From the NCBI RefSeq assembly GCF_001194135.2, contig NC_068989.1:57589514-57653513 (forward strand): a DNA stretch of 64,000 nt, written 5' to 3'. This stretch comes from Octopus bimaculoides (lineage: Eukaryota). How positions within the stretch are numbered: the stretch's first letter is position 1; every line of letters starts with the position of its first letter. The position numbers and the translations under genes were made by a program. A model generated the notes under the pieces. It did no database searches. It was not told where the DNA came from and saw nothing but the letters and a program-made list of their open reading frames with translations. Below are positions 49,713-64,000 of the stretch, piece after piece.

Positions 49713-50629
49713 NNNNNNNNNNNNNNNNNNNNNNNNNNNNNNNNNNNNNNNNNNNNNNNNNNNNNNNNNNNNNNNNNNNNNNNNNNNNNNNNNNNNNNNN
49801 NNNNNNNNNNNNNNNNNNNNNNNNNNNNNNNNNNNNNNNNNNNNNNNNNNNNNNNNNNNNNNNNNNNNNNNNNNNNNNNNNNNNNNNNNNNNNNNNNNNN
49901 NNNNNNNNNNNNNNNNNNNNNNNNNNNNNNNNNNNNNNNNNNNNNNNNNNNNNNNNNNNNNNNNNNNNNNNNNNNNNNNNNNNNNNNNNNNNNNNNNNNN
50001 NNNNNNNNNNNNNNNNNNNNNNNNNNNNNNNNNNNNNNNNNNNNNNNNNNNNNNNNNNNNNNNNNNNNNNNNNNNNNNNNNNNNNNNNNNNNNNNNNNNN
50101 NNNNNNNNNNNNNNNNNNNNNNNNNNNNNNNNNNNNNNNNNNNNNNNNNNNNNNNNNNNNNNNNNNNNNNNNNNNNNNNNNNNNNNNNNNNNNNNNNNNN
50201 NNNNNNNNNNNNNNNNNNNNNNNNNNNNNNNNNNNNNNNNNNNNNNNNNNNNNNNNNNNNNNNNNNNNNNNNNNNNNNNNNNNNNNNNNNNNNNNNNNNN
50301 NNNNNNNNNNNNNNNNNNNNNNNNNNNNNNNNNNNNNNNNNNNNNNNNNNNNNNNNNNNNNNNNNNNNNNNNNNNNNNNNNNNNNNNNNNNNNNNNNNNN
50401 NNNNNNNNNNNNNNNNNNNNNNNNNNNNNNNNNNNNNNNNNNNNNNNNNNNNNNNNNNNNNNNNNNNNNNNNNNNNNNNNNNNNNNNNNNNNNNNNNNNN
50501 NNNNNNNNNNNNNNNNNNNNNNNNNNNNNNNNNNNNNNNNNNNNNNNNNNNNNNNNNNNNNNNNNNNNNNNNNNNNNNNNNNNNNNNNNNNNNNNNNNNN
50601 NNNNNNNNNNNNNNNNNNNNNNNNNNNNA

Positions 50630-50885
50630 TATATATAACATATATATATATATAACATATATATATATATATATAACATATATATATATATAACATATAT
50701 ATATATATAACATATATGTAATATATATATAACATATATATATAATTTATATGTAATATATATATATAATATATATATAACATATGTAATAGAAATATAA
50801 CATATACATATATGATATATATATAACATATATATATAATATATATATATAACATATATAACATATATATAATATATATATGTGT
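50630..50885. repeat. Compound (TA)n/ATAAC low-complexity repeat
   Basis: Read directly. It abuts the 917-bp gap that truncates the last exon. Confidence 0.9.
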
Positions 50886-51721
50886 GTGTGCTTTTTTTAT
50901 GTGTGGGAGGTTATGTGTGTGCATATGTGTGAGGAGGAACGAGTGCAAGTGTTGTGTTTGTGTGAATGTGCTTTGTGCTTCTATCAAAGAAAATTGTGAT
51001 CAGATGTGATAGAAAACAAAAAAATTTAAAACATGCATATCTATACATGTATATGTATAAGTTCAAGCGTATGAATTTGTTCTCACACTTTTTTACCTAT
51101 ATATCTCTCTCGCTCTCTTTCTCACTCTCCATGTATAATGTGTGTACGGAAGTCATTGTACATGTCAGTATCAAAATGAGTGCAAAGAATATTTAATACA
51201 TGTAGCAGAGTGTCTTCATTCATTTAATCACAGGTAATGCTTTGCCAAATTGCTAAACAAAGTCTCTGATTGCATGGACGTTCGAGTGACCTAAAATAAT
51301 GTCCACATAATTAGAAAAGCTCAGAACAGTAGTAACAAGGTTAAAATTTACTTGAAATGTGTAAATGTGTGTTTGTATGTATATACATATATGTATGTAT
51401 ATGTGTGTGTGTGCATGTGTACACAAATATACAAATCTATACACACATGCTGTTATATCTATACTATATCCATCTATTTATCTATCTAATTATCTATTTA
51501 TCAGTCTATCCATCTATCTATCTACCTATCAAATTATCTTTCTATCTATATATATGTCTCTATATATATATATTTATATATTTGTTTTCTGTAATAAATT
51601 GCACTTCATGTTCGAGTCATTGGTGTCCACCACATCTTATAGTGGAAACAGTAGTAAGCTAATGGAGTTCATAAGATAATTGTTTATTCTTTTGTCATCC
51701 CCTTTCTGATACATACATACT

Positions 51722-51800
<79 letters not shown>

Positions 51801-51930
51801 GCATAAAAACATATATATTTACATACACATATAGATATGTATCTAATATAGTATACATATATATATAAACATATCAAATATATATAATTATGTATAGATT
51901 AGTGTGTATATGTGTGTGGGGTGTACAAAC

Positions 51931-51984
<54 letters not shown>

Positions 51985-52207
51985 GTAGGTAGGGGGTAGG
52001 TAGGTGGGTAGGTAGGTAGGTAGGTAGGTAGGTAGGTAAATGGATAACTGTAAGAATATTTTCATGACATAAATCAAAATATATATCAATAGTTTTTGCA
52101 CATCACATCAAATGATGGTTTGCAAAATGTATACATGTTGATCATTGATTGAAAAATGAATATTTAAGCTAATCACATGTGAACATGTGTGTGTGTGTGT
52201 ATATATA

Positions 52208-52419
52208 AAGGGTGTCCACAAAGTCTGGGTACATGGAGTAAATAAAATCGTAACGTAAACAATTAAATATAAGAAATGATAATTTCTTAAAGTATGTGTT
52301 AATCCCCATGTGGATACATGGAGTAAATAAAATCATAACATAAACAATTAAATATAAGAAATATTAATTTCTTAAAGTATGTGTTAATCCCCGTGTACCC
52401 AGACTTTGTGGACACCCTG
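52208..52419. mobile_element. Tc1/mariner-type MITE, 212 bp, with an 85-bp internal tandem duplication
   Basis: TA+AAGGGTGTCCACAAAGTCTGGGTACATGG pairs with CCGTGTACCCAGACTTTGTGGACACCCTG+TA. Internal units start at 52230 and 52315. Confidence 0.9.
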
Positions 52420-52653
52420 TATATGCATAAACGCACATATATGTACAAATACATAAATACATATATACATACATACACATATACATATATATATATAAGT
52501 ATGTGTGTGTGTGTGTGTGTGTGTAAACATCAGAAATAAGTGCAGGCAACTAATATAAGCATTGAATAAATAATGTTATACCATTCAATCTAACAGTGAT
52601 CAGTACTATTTTCATTTATTTGTAATTTGCATCAGTTGTAGATTCACCATGCA

Positions 52654-52716
<63 letters not shown>

Positions 52717-53400
52717 TATATACTGATGTGTATATATACATGTATGCATGCATATGTATATGTTTACAAGTTTGTATGCATCTACGTATATATGTATGCA
52801 TATTTCATATGTATATATATATATATATATACACTAGTAAAGTGAGACAGGAAAATGAAAGGAAATTAAACTTAACCAGGACTGAAGAAGAGCATTTTGA
52901 ATTAGGAAGAACAAGATCCAGGGGTCAGTATTAGCAATATTGAAAGAGATACAAAAATGAGAACAAGGCAGGAGATACAGAGATGATAGTATATTATAAT
53001 AGTATTATTTGATGTATTACAGTATTGGATCATATGATGATATAAACAATAAAGAGGAAAATCTCTACAAAATATATAGTTTCTAGAAAAATATAATTTA
53101 CTTGTACATGATGTTGGTGGTAATAATGATTATTTGTTTGAGTGTGTGTGTATTAGCTTATGTGTATCAGTATGTGCATGTATGTATATTTATGTAATAT
53201 ATATATATATTAATTAAAGAGTACAGTATTATGTGTATCCATTATGGCTGATATTACCTATCAGTTTTGCACCAGGTGTTCAATGGAGTATTAAGTAACA
53301 GTCTTATTATGTAACCCTGCACTCTTCAGAGATGGTAGTTATGGAAGGAAATACAGTGACTGTTTTCTGTTGTTGGACTTGAAAAGACACCTGGTTTGTG

Positions 53401-53438
<38 letters not shown>

Positions 53439-53448
53439 NNNNNNNNNN

Positions 53449-53485
<37 letters not shown>

Positions 53486-54891
53486 TATTTATTTATTAAT
53501 GTTTGTTTTTATGTTGTTGAGTTATATAATAAAAACAATATTACGTTAAGCTGAAGGATTACTCAATACTCTTTTATGCAGAGTACATATTTATTATACT
53601 TTTACAAGAAGAATGATGATAGTCACTTAGATGTTTAGGGTTGCTTGCCTTCAATGAAGACTTCATATGTATGTGTAACACACACACAGACACATTCTCT
53701 CATCAGGTTGAGAAGTTATTCAAAATAGATGATTTGCCAGCTGCTTACAGGTAATAATTTCCTTAGCAGTAATTTAATATAATCAGTAAACAGTTACGAG
53801 CTGTGGGAACTAATGGTATTCTTAATATATTAGATTGAAGATAAACTGTTCGATTTTCTAACATTCATAATTGTGAGTATACATGTACAGATACCAACCT
53901 TACACTATATACACTCTCCCATAGATACTTGTATACACATATATATAAATATGTGTGTATATATGTATATATGTGTACATAAAATGCACCCACAGCACTC
54001 TTGGAATGGTTGGCATTAAGAAGAGCATCCAGCTGTAGAAACCATGGCAAATCAGATTGGAACCTGGTGCAGCTCCCTGGCTTACCAGTTTTCAGTCAAA
54101 TCATCCAACACATGCCAGCATGGAAAACGGACATTGAATGATGATGATGATGTAAGTCTGTATATATATGTATATATCCATGTATATATGTGTGTGCATA
54201 TATGTATAAATATATGTGTGTATGTGTTTGTGTGTATGTATGGATATGTATATACACACATACATACATGCCACCATCCCCCACACACACATATATCTGC
54301 CTTCAAAAGACATAGGCACATATATCTTTGTGCATATATATGTAATCTCTCTAAGTATTATGCCACAACTAATATTTTTCCAATTTTCTTTCTACTTTCT
54401 ATTTTATGATATAATCAGTTACTTTGATTAACAAGTAAAGACCTACAAATGTAACATCTGTAGAAACCAATCAAAAACAAGTATTCATTACATATCCTTA
54501 TTGGGTATGGAATATTTCCTCCAGGATAAAGAAAATCAACAAATTAACAGAGAGATGAACTAAACATAGTTCTAAATTACTAAGTCTGATTCTTTCCTCT
54601 TTCAAGTTCAAATTTTGCTGTGATTTACATTGTATTTGATCCAACTCGTAAAATTTACCATTGTTTTTAACTCTGTAAGAAATTATTAACATGAACACTG
54701 GTGTTTAGTAACGACAAGTTTGCTTTTCTTTAACAGAAAAAATTCACTTTAGAATGCATCACCTAGAATGGAATATAGAAATTTTCTTCACAGCTCTATA
54801 TATTAAACGTATTCATATCTTGACTTGTATAGGCTAGAATAAGTATAATTGTGTTTAACTGACTGTTCTGCAAATACTTGTTAGGTCAGTC

Positions 54892-54923
<32 letters not shown>

Positions 54924-55667
54924 TTGTCTGTCTGTCTATCAATCAGTGTATTCATCTATATATATATATTATANNNNNNNNNNNNNNNNNNNNNNNNNNN
55001 NNNNNNNNNNNNNNNNNNNNNNNNNNNNNNNNNNNNNNNNNNNNNNNNNNNNNNNNNNNNNNNNNNNNNNNNNNNNNNNNNNNNNNNNNNNNNNNNNNNN
55101 NNNNNNNNNNNNNNNNNNNNNNNNNNNNNNNNNNNNNNNNNNNNNNNNNNNNNNNNNNNNNNNNNNNNNNNNNNNNNNNNNNNNNNNNNNNNNNNNNNNN
55201 NNNNNNNNNNNNNNNNNNNNNNNNNNNNNNNNNNNNNNNNNNNNNNNNNNNNNNNNNNNNNNNNNNNNNNNNNNNNNNNNNNNNNNNNNNNNNNNNNNNN
55301 NNNNNNNNNNNNNNNNNNNNNNNNNNNNNNNNNNNNNNNNNNNNNNNNNNNNNNNNNNNNNNNNNNNNNNNNNNNNNNNNNNNNNNNNNNNNNNNNNNNN
55401 NNNNNNNNNNNNNNNNNNNNNNNNNNNNNNNNNNNNNNNNNNNNNNNNNNNNNNNNNNNNNNNNNNNNNAAAAAGTATGCAATAATGTTTCAGTATAATG
55501 TTAGATTACTTTTATATATATTTTGACATAGAACAAACATTAGTACATGCATACATACATATATATGAACACACACACATACATACACGTATGTGTGTAT
55601 GTGTGCGTGTGTATGTGTGCATGTATATATGTATATATATATATATATATATAGATAGATAGATAGA

Positions 55668-55698
<31 letters not shown>

Positions 55699-55710
55699 GT
55701 GCGTATATAA

Positions 55711-55767
<57 letters not shown>

Positions 55768-55852
55768 CATACACCTATGTGTATGTTTATTTTTATGTCA
55801 AATCATAGAAAAGTAAACAAAGGAGGATTGTTATGTGTATGTATGTATGTAC

Positions 55853-55899
<47 letters not shown>

Positions 55900-57498
55900 G
55901 GTGTAAAAACATTTACAAGGTGTTTTGTACATACTTTCATGTAAGTATGCTAGTTGATGAGATTTGCTAAATTTACCCTGTGTTCCTGAGTATGTTATTG
56001 AACTAAACTAATCTTATTGAACAATGTGCGATAAAAAAACCTCTGATTCACCATTCTTGATAAAAATTTCGACAATAAATGCATGATATGCACTGGTATA
56101 AACCATGATGGTAACAAATACAAAAAAACAATAAAGCATTAGCTATATAAAGAGACCTTTACTACTTGCTTAACTTCACTAGCACCACTCCACTGGCTGT
56201 GTAAAATATAAGAGGTTTTCCTTTCGCACTCTGTGTATCAAATAATAATTTTTCATTTGTTTATCCTCTTTGCATTGCTCATGTCAATGTGAGACAAAGT
56301 ATTGTACTGAAAGGTCAGGAATAGGTATCAAATTATCTGGAAATGTTTTATAAATAGACATTTTATCCAGAAGAAGATTATCACACACCTGCTTATCTTG
56401 TTATGATTTTGGAATGATGAAAGGTCAATAAAACCATATCAGTGTTTGACTCCAGTGTTAAAATCTGAAAGAAACCAATTTAAATATTCAATTAGTCTAA
56501 TACAGTGGTCCACAATTAACATCCAGTTGTTTTGTTTTTGTTTATTTTCCATTGTTTTCTGGGATTTTATTTTTTTTTTTTGCATTTTGTTTTGTTTTTA
56601 TGCAAATATTATGCCATTGTGAGCAACTGTTACGTTCTGAACGGTCAAAGGAGTAGACTTAATATTGAAATATCAACACCAATGTCTGAGAGATATTCTC
56701 TAGTTTCTATTGTCATTTACACAAAAAAAGCTTCTTTGCTTAGAAATGGCTGTTGTTATTGTTTATTAATGCTTTTTGTATTTTTGGTGTGGCTTTTTTT
56801 ATTGTAGCTGGTGTTACTGTTGTTGTTGTTATTGCAACACCTATTCCTTTTCTGTGTGTGCCTTGCCCACTTGAGGCTTTTCAGCTCAGCACTGTATGCC
56901 CTTGACAAGATCCTTTAAATAGGAGTGGTGAAACTCTACATAAGTCATTTAAACTGTAAGAAATAGACACTAAATCTCACTCAAATCTACCCCTAACCTC
57001 CACCCCTCTGTCTTAAACAAGGAAAGACACATTGGTTAATGTGGTGCTAGATAACCCTTAAAAATAATGGGATGGTCCTGACTGGAGTGTTTTTGGTCAG
57101 AGATCTTCTCATTCAGACATGACCAAGGGTTATACAGCAGCAACAACAACAACAACACTAACAACAACAACAAAAGCAATTAGCTCTAAGGTGAAGCACA
57201 GACATAACCACCATCAACCTAGATTATTGCAACAACAATGGCAGTGACTGCTGAGTAAAACACAGCCATAAATCTATAGTGGAATGGAATGAGATTATGT
57301 GACATTCATACCTTTCTCAAAATCTTTAGAGGCATTTGGAAACTAAATGGATTTCCATGGATAATTAAGTTCACCAGTAGTTTAATGATTATTATAAATA
57401 TCAACAAACACATTAGTTAGATCTTTACGGTTCAACTTATTACAACACAGTATATAGTACAATGATGAAAATAGCATTAATAATATTAATGAAAATAG

Positions 57499-57534
<36 letters not shown>

Positions 57535-57591
57535 CAACAAACTACTAATTTTCTTACATTTTGACAGATTTTCTCTAGAACAATACTATGT

Positions 57592-57744
57592 ATGTACAAA
57601 ACCAAATATATGGCACCCTAGTCATAACACCAACTTGAACTTCTAACTTGTTGTCTCTTGAGGTCTTTGGATGAGACTTGGAGCCAACTTGTACAAATAC
57701 AAAGCAAAAGTCAAATATATAATAAAATAAAATAAAAAAAAAAA

Positions 57745-57817
<73 letters not shown>

Positions 57818-57820
57818 GTA
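57592..57820 (+). mobile_element. Retroposon 3' end (family G) with (AAT)n tail
   Basis: A ~130-bp block is strongly similar to 61313-61445 (CAAAACCAAATAT.TGGCACCCTA.TCATAACAC.AACTTGAAC..GAGAC.TGGAG.CAACTTGTACAAATAC). Both copies are followed by AAT-type repeats. Confidence 0.75.
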
Positions 57821-58100
57821 GTAATGAAGATGATTTCTTTTACTGGCCACAAGGGCCCAAGATATTGTGGATTATTGGCAGTTTAGTTTGTTACTTTGAT
57901 CCCAGTAATTGATTGGTACTTTATTTTATTAATTTTGAAAGAATAAAAAGCTAAGTTGACCTTAGCTGCGTTTGAGCTCAGCCCATAAAGAGTTGAAATA
58001 AATACTACTTAGCATTTTATCTGACATGCTCAGGAATCTACTACTGCCTTAATGATGATGATAATAATAATAATAATAATAATAATAGTAATAATAATAA

Positions 58101-58313
58101 TTTCAGACAAATACATAACAAAAACACCAGGAGTTACAAATATATATAACATACAGAAAATTGCACTACTGGGCACTGCACACATCCTACGCAAAACACT
58201 TTCAATACAGTAACCATAAGAGCATCACAGCAAACCACAGCACATACCCAAGGCACACAGAGCTGCGCTCGGTAGTGAAGTGAAAGCACGTTATAAAAAT
58301 AAAACTACTGAAC

Positions 58314-58315
<2 letters not shown>
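58101..58315 (+). mobile_element. R4/Dong-clade LINE, 5'-truncated 3' end inside an (AAT)n tract
   Basis: 58103-58213 translates SDKYITKTPGVTNIYNIQKIALLGTAHILRKTLSIQ*, matching the IQKxALLGTAxILRK terminus of R4/Dong REL-endonuclease ORFs. A ~100-bp 3' UTR follows, and (AAT)n lies on both sides. Confidence 0.8.
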
Positions 58316-58356
<41 letters not shown>

Positions 58357-58635
58357 GTAATAATAAGGACAATACTGATGAGTTCTTGAATGTTTTATAT
58401 TAAATTGTTTTATATTGATTCCTTACATAACAATATTCATTATGAATATTTATTTGACTGGGTACTTTACTTTCACAGAATGGGTGTAAGGGTATAATGT
58501 AAGTGCTAGTGTCCTTCTCAAAGGATTTAGAGGTCCAAATAAAATGACTATCCATTAACTGGGAATTGAAATCTCCTGGTTCTTCGATAAGCTTAAAACC
58601 TCTTGTTCTATGCTGCTTGCCAATACTACTACTAC

Positions 58636-58676
<41 letters not shown>

Positions 58677-60859
58677 GTTTCTGATATAGGTACAAGACTA
58701 GAAATTTGGAGGGGATGGGTGTTAGCTGATACCATCAACACTAGTACTAGACTGGTCCTCAATATAGAATATCCAAAAGAATGACAAGCAAAGTTGAACA
58801 GGACAGGATTTGAACTCAGAATGTAAAGAGCTGGAGCAATTACTGTAAAACATTTTTACTGCTGTTCCAACAACTCTGCCAGTTCATTGCCCTAATAATG
58901 ATAATGATAACAACAATAATGACAATGATAATAACAATCAACTCTCTTGTCAAAGATGACATAAGAGTCTTCAGCTTTTTTGCTGAATGACCTGCACAAA
59001 TGATTTGTTTATGATGATCAAATGTTTGTGCCACACATTAGCTCACTCTCTCCATCAAATCGACATTGTCTGAACAGGTGTACCATATGATTACAAACCA
59101 ACATAAAATGCACAACCTAGTCTAGGAATTGAAACCAGATTCTAAAACCACCCTAAAAGATTACATGACACTAACGAATGTTTAGCAGGAAATTTTAATA
59201 CAAATTAGATGAAAATAGTTCAATTACCAAAGAGAAAACTAATTAGAAGTGACTATTGTAAGTTCCTGTGTTATTTATTAGTACAAACTAAGCATATAAC
59301 AGAAATCATAAAGATTAGATAATACTAATAATAGAGCAAAAGGCAAAATATGTCAGATGATAGAATGAGTTGTATGACAGTGCAATCGAAATATATATAT
59401 CATATATTTTACTATTCCTGATATGATATCAGAGCCAAGGTATGTAATATCATGTTTTTGGCATATAATACATGGGTGGTATAATACATGAGTGTTAATA
59501 TGCAGTATCATATATTCTGTATGAAAATAATATATCGGAACTTGGCCAACTCACTGAGAAAATCCTGGGACATGTGCATGTAATTCATTCTTCCTTATTA
59601 TAGCATAACTGGGAACAACACCAAAGTAGGTGACTGAGAAGGGGAAAAATAGTAAAACAGGAATATTTATTGAGTTTCTTGTATGAGAATAAATATATTG
59701 ATACCAAAGAAAAAAAATAAATGGAACTTCTGCAGGAAATATAGAATATGAAAGCTAAAAGAGACTGCAATGTTTGGGGAAGATGCTGTTGACAAGAGAA
59801 AGCAAAATAAGAAATGTTTGAGTTGTTTACAGTGTAAAAAAATACAAACTTATAGAGGCAAATGGGAATTCCAATGTAAGATATGAAGCAGGTATTGAAC
59901 CACAGTATGGTAAGTAACCAGAAAAATAAATATATGAATAAATGAAAACAGATCAGACTAATATGAGTATTAGCCCCAGAAGAACTTTAAGATTCAGTCT
60001 AAAGTATTAATATCTGTGGTATAGTTTAGCAAGCTTCACAAGATGAAAACATATTTCATTAAAGGAAAATAAAATATAAAGAATAATTGGCACCTGGCTG
60101 AAGGATTCTCTTTTTTGCAATAAAAAGAAACAACCAATAAACAAACTGCTTACATTGAGACTCCCCTTGCTATAATCTTTATTAATCAAAATAATACTCA
60201 TTCTGTTTTTCAAATTGCCTCTATTGGCCTTATTGCCAAGCTTGGTACATAATTACAGTGATGATATTCTTGCCAAGTCTTAAAATTCATTGTAATATAG
60301 ATAAAGTGACTATTTTATTCAAAGCAGATACTGTATGCAAATAACAGTGTAAGGGAGTACTGCAAGTGAGTAAGGAGTATCTAATATATAGGCACCATGT
60401 AGGATCAGTTACTAATAAAAAATTTTTGATGCATTAAAAGTACAAATAACCTATATATGCCACAGATAAATAACTAATTTACAGATATAACAGTATATGA
60501 TAACTCATTTCTAATGGTATTAGAATGGTTGCAAATGTTTAAAAGTTAAAAAATAGTTGTTTATATTCTTTGGTGAAGGTCATACTGTAGTGGGAAACTA
60601 ACAGTAATAATAGTAAGGAACTTCAGTTATTACTAATATCCATTTAGCATTCAGATTATTCTGTCAAATATAATAATTATTCATTCACATTGTTTGTAAC
60701 TAATCATGCATTATCTTGTATCTTCAAGATATTGATGATGCGATTGCTTATTTTAAAAATGATATTGTAGGGTAGATGTAAAAGGCTTAATCCAGCTGGT
60801 TTGAACATAAAAGAAAATATTGGGGCCAGGTATGATCGGTGTAAATGCTAAAGACATAT

Positions 60860-60894
<35 letters not shown>

Positions 60895-60901
60895 TATATC
60901 T

Positions 60902-60939
<38 letters not shown>

Positions 60940-61312
60940 AGATAGACATCAGTAAATAACAATGCCTCAGCATTGTTGCTTTTCATTCAATGTTCTTCAG
61001 AATTTTGACCATGAAATCTGCCAGTATGGCTCTTATTCTCTAAATAAAGACTTATATATTTAAGAATTGAGGGGTTAGATGTTCAAGCCATGGAGCAGTC
61101 ATTAATATACAGAGATTATTAGGTGTGGAATAATCTACTGAGATAGTAGTCAAATAGTGGTAATTAACTTTTGGAGACATATAAAGAAATGGAGGCAGTC
61201 ACTGATAAACAGAAATAGCAACGTAGAAATTGTTGATATTCAGGGATATCAGCTGAAGAATGTCAGTAATTCAAACCTTCTTGAAATAATAATAATGATA
61301 ATAATAATAATA

Positions 61313-61445
61313 ATGTGCAAAACCAAATATTTGGCACCCTAATCATAACACAAACTTGAACTTTTAACTTGTTGTTTCTTGAGGTTTCTGGGTGAGACGT
61401 GGAGTCAACTTGTACAAATACAAAACAAAAGTCAAACATATAATG
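61313..61445 (+). mobile_element. Family G, second copy, embedded in (AAT)n
   Basis: It matches 57592-57720 and has AAT repeats on both flanks. Confidence 0.75.
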
Positions 61446-62769
61446 ATGATGATGACAACTATAATAATAGCAATATTAATAATAATGACAATAATAATAA
61501 ATGGCCATTGATAGGAGGAATATCATGGAGACCATGAGATAATAAATAATGTACAGGCCTCATAGAATTAGCAGAATTCTTAACAGATACTTAGGTTAGA
61601 GAGACAGGTTGACAAACTGGCAGAGAGGGAGAGGCAGACAACAAGAAGAGTAAGGGGGGGGGGCGAAATAACTAAAACAGGTTTTTAATGAAGCAGCTGC
61701 TGGGATGATGTAAAGAAAAACAGCTAATGTATTTCCAATTTTAGAATAAATACTCAGGGTTAATGTATATTATAAGACAACTAAAAGGATTGATGATAGA
61801 AAGGGCATCGGTCCATAAAATGCTATCTCGGAGAATCCACCTAATCCATGCCAGACTAGAAAGGCAGATGTAAAACTCACTGATAATGAATATAATAACA
61901 GAGTATTATGTTGGCAATGAATATACTCCAAGTTCAAATCTCATCGAGGCCAACATTACCTTTAATTATTTTGGGTCAATAGAGTAGCAATCCAGTGTAA
62001 TGGTTGATGGAATTGTAAGAGCATCAAACCTAATGATTTGTGGTATCTGTTTTAACTTTTTTCCTTTCTGGGTGCAAATTCCATCTAGATGGCCATAGTT
62101 AATCATTTGACTCTGGGAGCATCAGGTTCAGTCTACATTTGGGTTGTATGGATCGGCAGGACTACAACCAATATAGATAAGTCTTTAAAGGTATACTGAA
62201 GTTTCATCCAGCATGTAGATCAAAAAATACTATTGGAATGCAAGTTGACAATGCTAGAGTATAGATCTAAATTCCTTGAGTTACTTTAGTTTCATCACCC
62301 TATTCTGTGAGTTCAAATGCTACAAGGATCAAGTTTGTCATTCCTGCTTCTGGGGAAGGGAGAAGGCTAATAAAAGAAAAATTACCAGTAGTACTCTGAT
62401 GTTGACTAAATCAAATTTAAATCTAGTTTTAAAAAAAGACTTTCTAAAGCTAAATACTCTTTGTTGAAAGATCTTTTGGTGCATTATATAAAACTGGATA
62501 TATACACCTGGATATATGCATAGATTTATATATGTGAACATATGACTATGTATATATCTGTCTTCAAAGGACCATTAAAGCTTTACAAATTCTATCATGG
62601 CAAATAATCCTTTATTGGATTTATTATAACAGTAACCTGTCAGTTTTTATGCATAATAATAAATTCAATGGCTTAATTAAAATTTGATAATTCCCCTTCT
62701 ATCAGCTTTTCTGCACCATGGCCAATGATGGAGAAAACAAGTCACACAAACTATTCCATTCCACTAAGC

Positions 62770-63130
62770 ATTACCATTTTGTTACTGTATTTCTCTTCAA
62801 ATACATTGCCTTTGCTTCAATTAATTTTGAAAATAATGAAGAATTTAGTAAAATAACTGTCATGATTTATTTGGTGTCTGGAACAAATTAACATGAAATT
62901 TTAATGGAAGGTTTTAATTTAAATCAATTCAACCTTTTTGTTACCATATTTCTGTTGAAGTACCCTACCTTTGTTTCAATTAATTTTGAAAAGATGAATT
63001 TAGTAAAATAACTTTATCATTATTAATCTGGTGTTTGGATCATAAACTAGCATGAAATCTTAATGGCAATTTTAATTTAGATCTCTTTAAAACAGGAAAC
63101 TTATCTGCTATCATAGGCCCAAGGGCAGTC
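62770..63130. mobile_element. Family F MITE with duplicated left arm, CpG-poor and diverged
   Basis: Two units (period ~159 bp). The second starts ttcaacctttttgttaccatatttctgttg. Confidence 0.7.
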
Positions 63131-63958
63131 TCAGGTAAGAAGTAACACGAATTTGAGAAAGGAGAATTTCCAGTAGCAGATCTATAAAACATTGTATGCT
63201 CTCAGTGGATGCTTCAGTTATTCAGGTATACGTAACTTGATGGGTGATGTGCTGTGCAAACATGACATGCCTTATTTAATACACTGTAAAATGTCTTCAA
63301 TCACACCCTAGTGGACCCATTATGTATTTCAAAACGGAAAAAGACATCTTTTCCTCTAACTGATGTTAATGTATGTGACCATGAGAGCCTATTGTACTGA
63401 AAGGTCAGCTTTGTCTGCAGTCTACCTATGGTTAGTAGTCTTTTCTAATTAAGCACTGTATCAAATAGGACTTTACACTATAAGGTGATATGTATGCATC
63501 TGACAACTGAATAATGAGCTATTACACCTGAACATATGTGTGTGTGGGGGTGTAGATGTATGTATATATATACATGGATAGATATATACATGTAGAAAAA
63601 TATTGATGTTTCTTATTAATTTCTCTTCTTTCTCTATAAGTGAAATTACAGCTATTTTATTTTTATTTTTTTTATTATATATGTTATATTTTCATAAAAA
63701 TTTAGACATTAATATGTTAATGTATAAATTTTAGTGAAAATGTGGTAAAGGAAACAGTAAAGGAAAGAGAAATTCTATTTAGTATCTAGTTTCATCTTCA
63801 GTTATTTTTAAATATTGTGGTATGAGTGTTGACTACCGATCGGTAATCGGATAACATCATAGTACTGTTTGTGAGTCTTCCATGTTTATATAGTATATTA
63901 CATAATGCTAGAAACAGATATGAGATAACGACTGTACACACACACATCTACATACATG

Positions 63959-64000
<42 letters not shown>

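Noticed and set aside
60000-60330. CR1/L2 reverse-transcriptase remnant on the minus strand
   Set aside because: The resemblance to RT motifs is too weak to support by eye.
63802-63886. Possible exon between cttcAG and GTGAGT
   Set aside because: All three frames contain stops and there is no homology signal.

Overview
This is AT-rich, repeat-dense animal genomic DNA with many N gaps, most of them flanked by (TA)n. From my recall of its SINE families and microsatellite content it is most likely an octopus or other coleoid cephalopod; this is an inference, not a search result. I can reconstruct one real gene, which the ORF track largely misses. It is a + strand claudin-superfamily tetraspan gene of the TMEM47/PERP/VAB-9 type, with three coding exons at 29609-29716, 36874-37023 and 49545-49712; the last runs into a gap. 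All junctions are in frame with GT-AG splice sites. I could not find the TM1-coding first exon or the stop codon. The rest is intronic or intergenic: several SINE families, RTE and R4/Dong LINE fragments, two decayed DD37D (maT) Tc1/mariner transposons, Tc1/mariner, hAT and TTAA (piggyBac-like) MITEs, and microsatellites. Nearly all other ORFs in the track are simple-repeat or gap artefacts. I cannot demonstrate a new biological system here. The most unusual structures lie in one 12.5-kb intron: a 2.1-kb, 42-bp satellite built from an internal SINE segment (inverted at its left end, with a 252-bp higher-order repeat at its right end) and, next to it, a ~780-bp near-palindromic foldback element. 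There is also a visible mosaic of CpG-retained and CpG-depleted domains across the gene.
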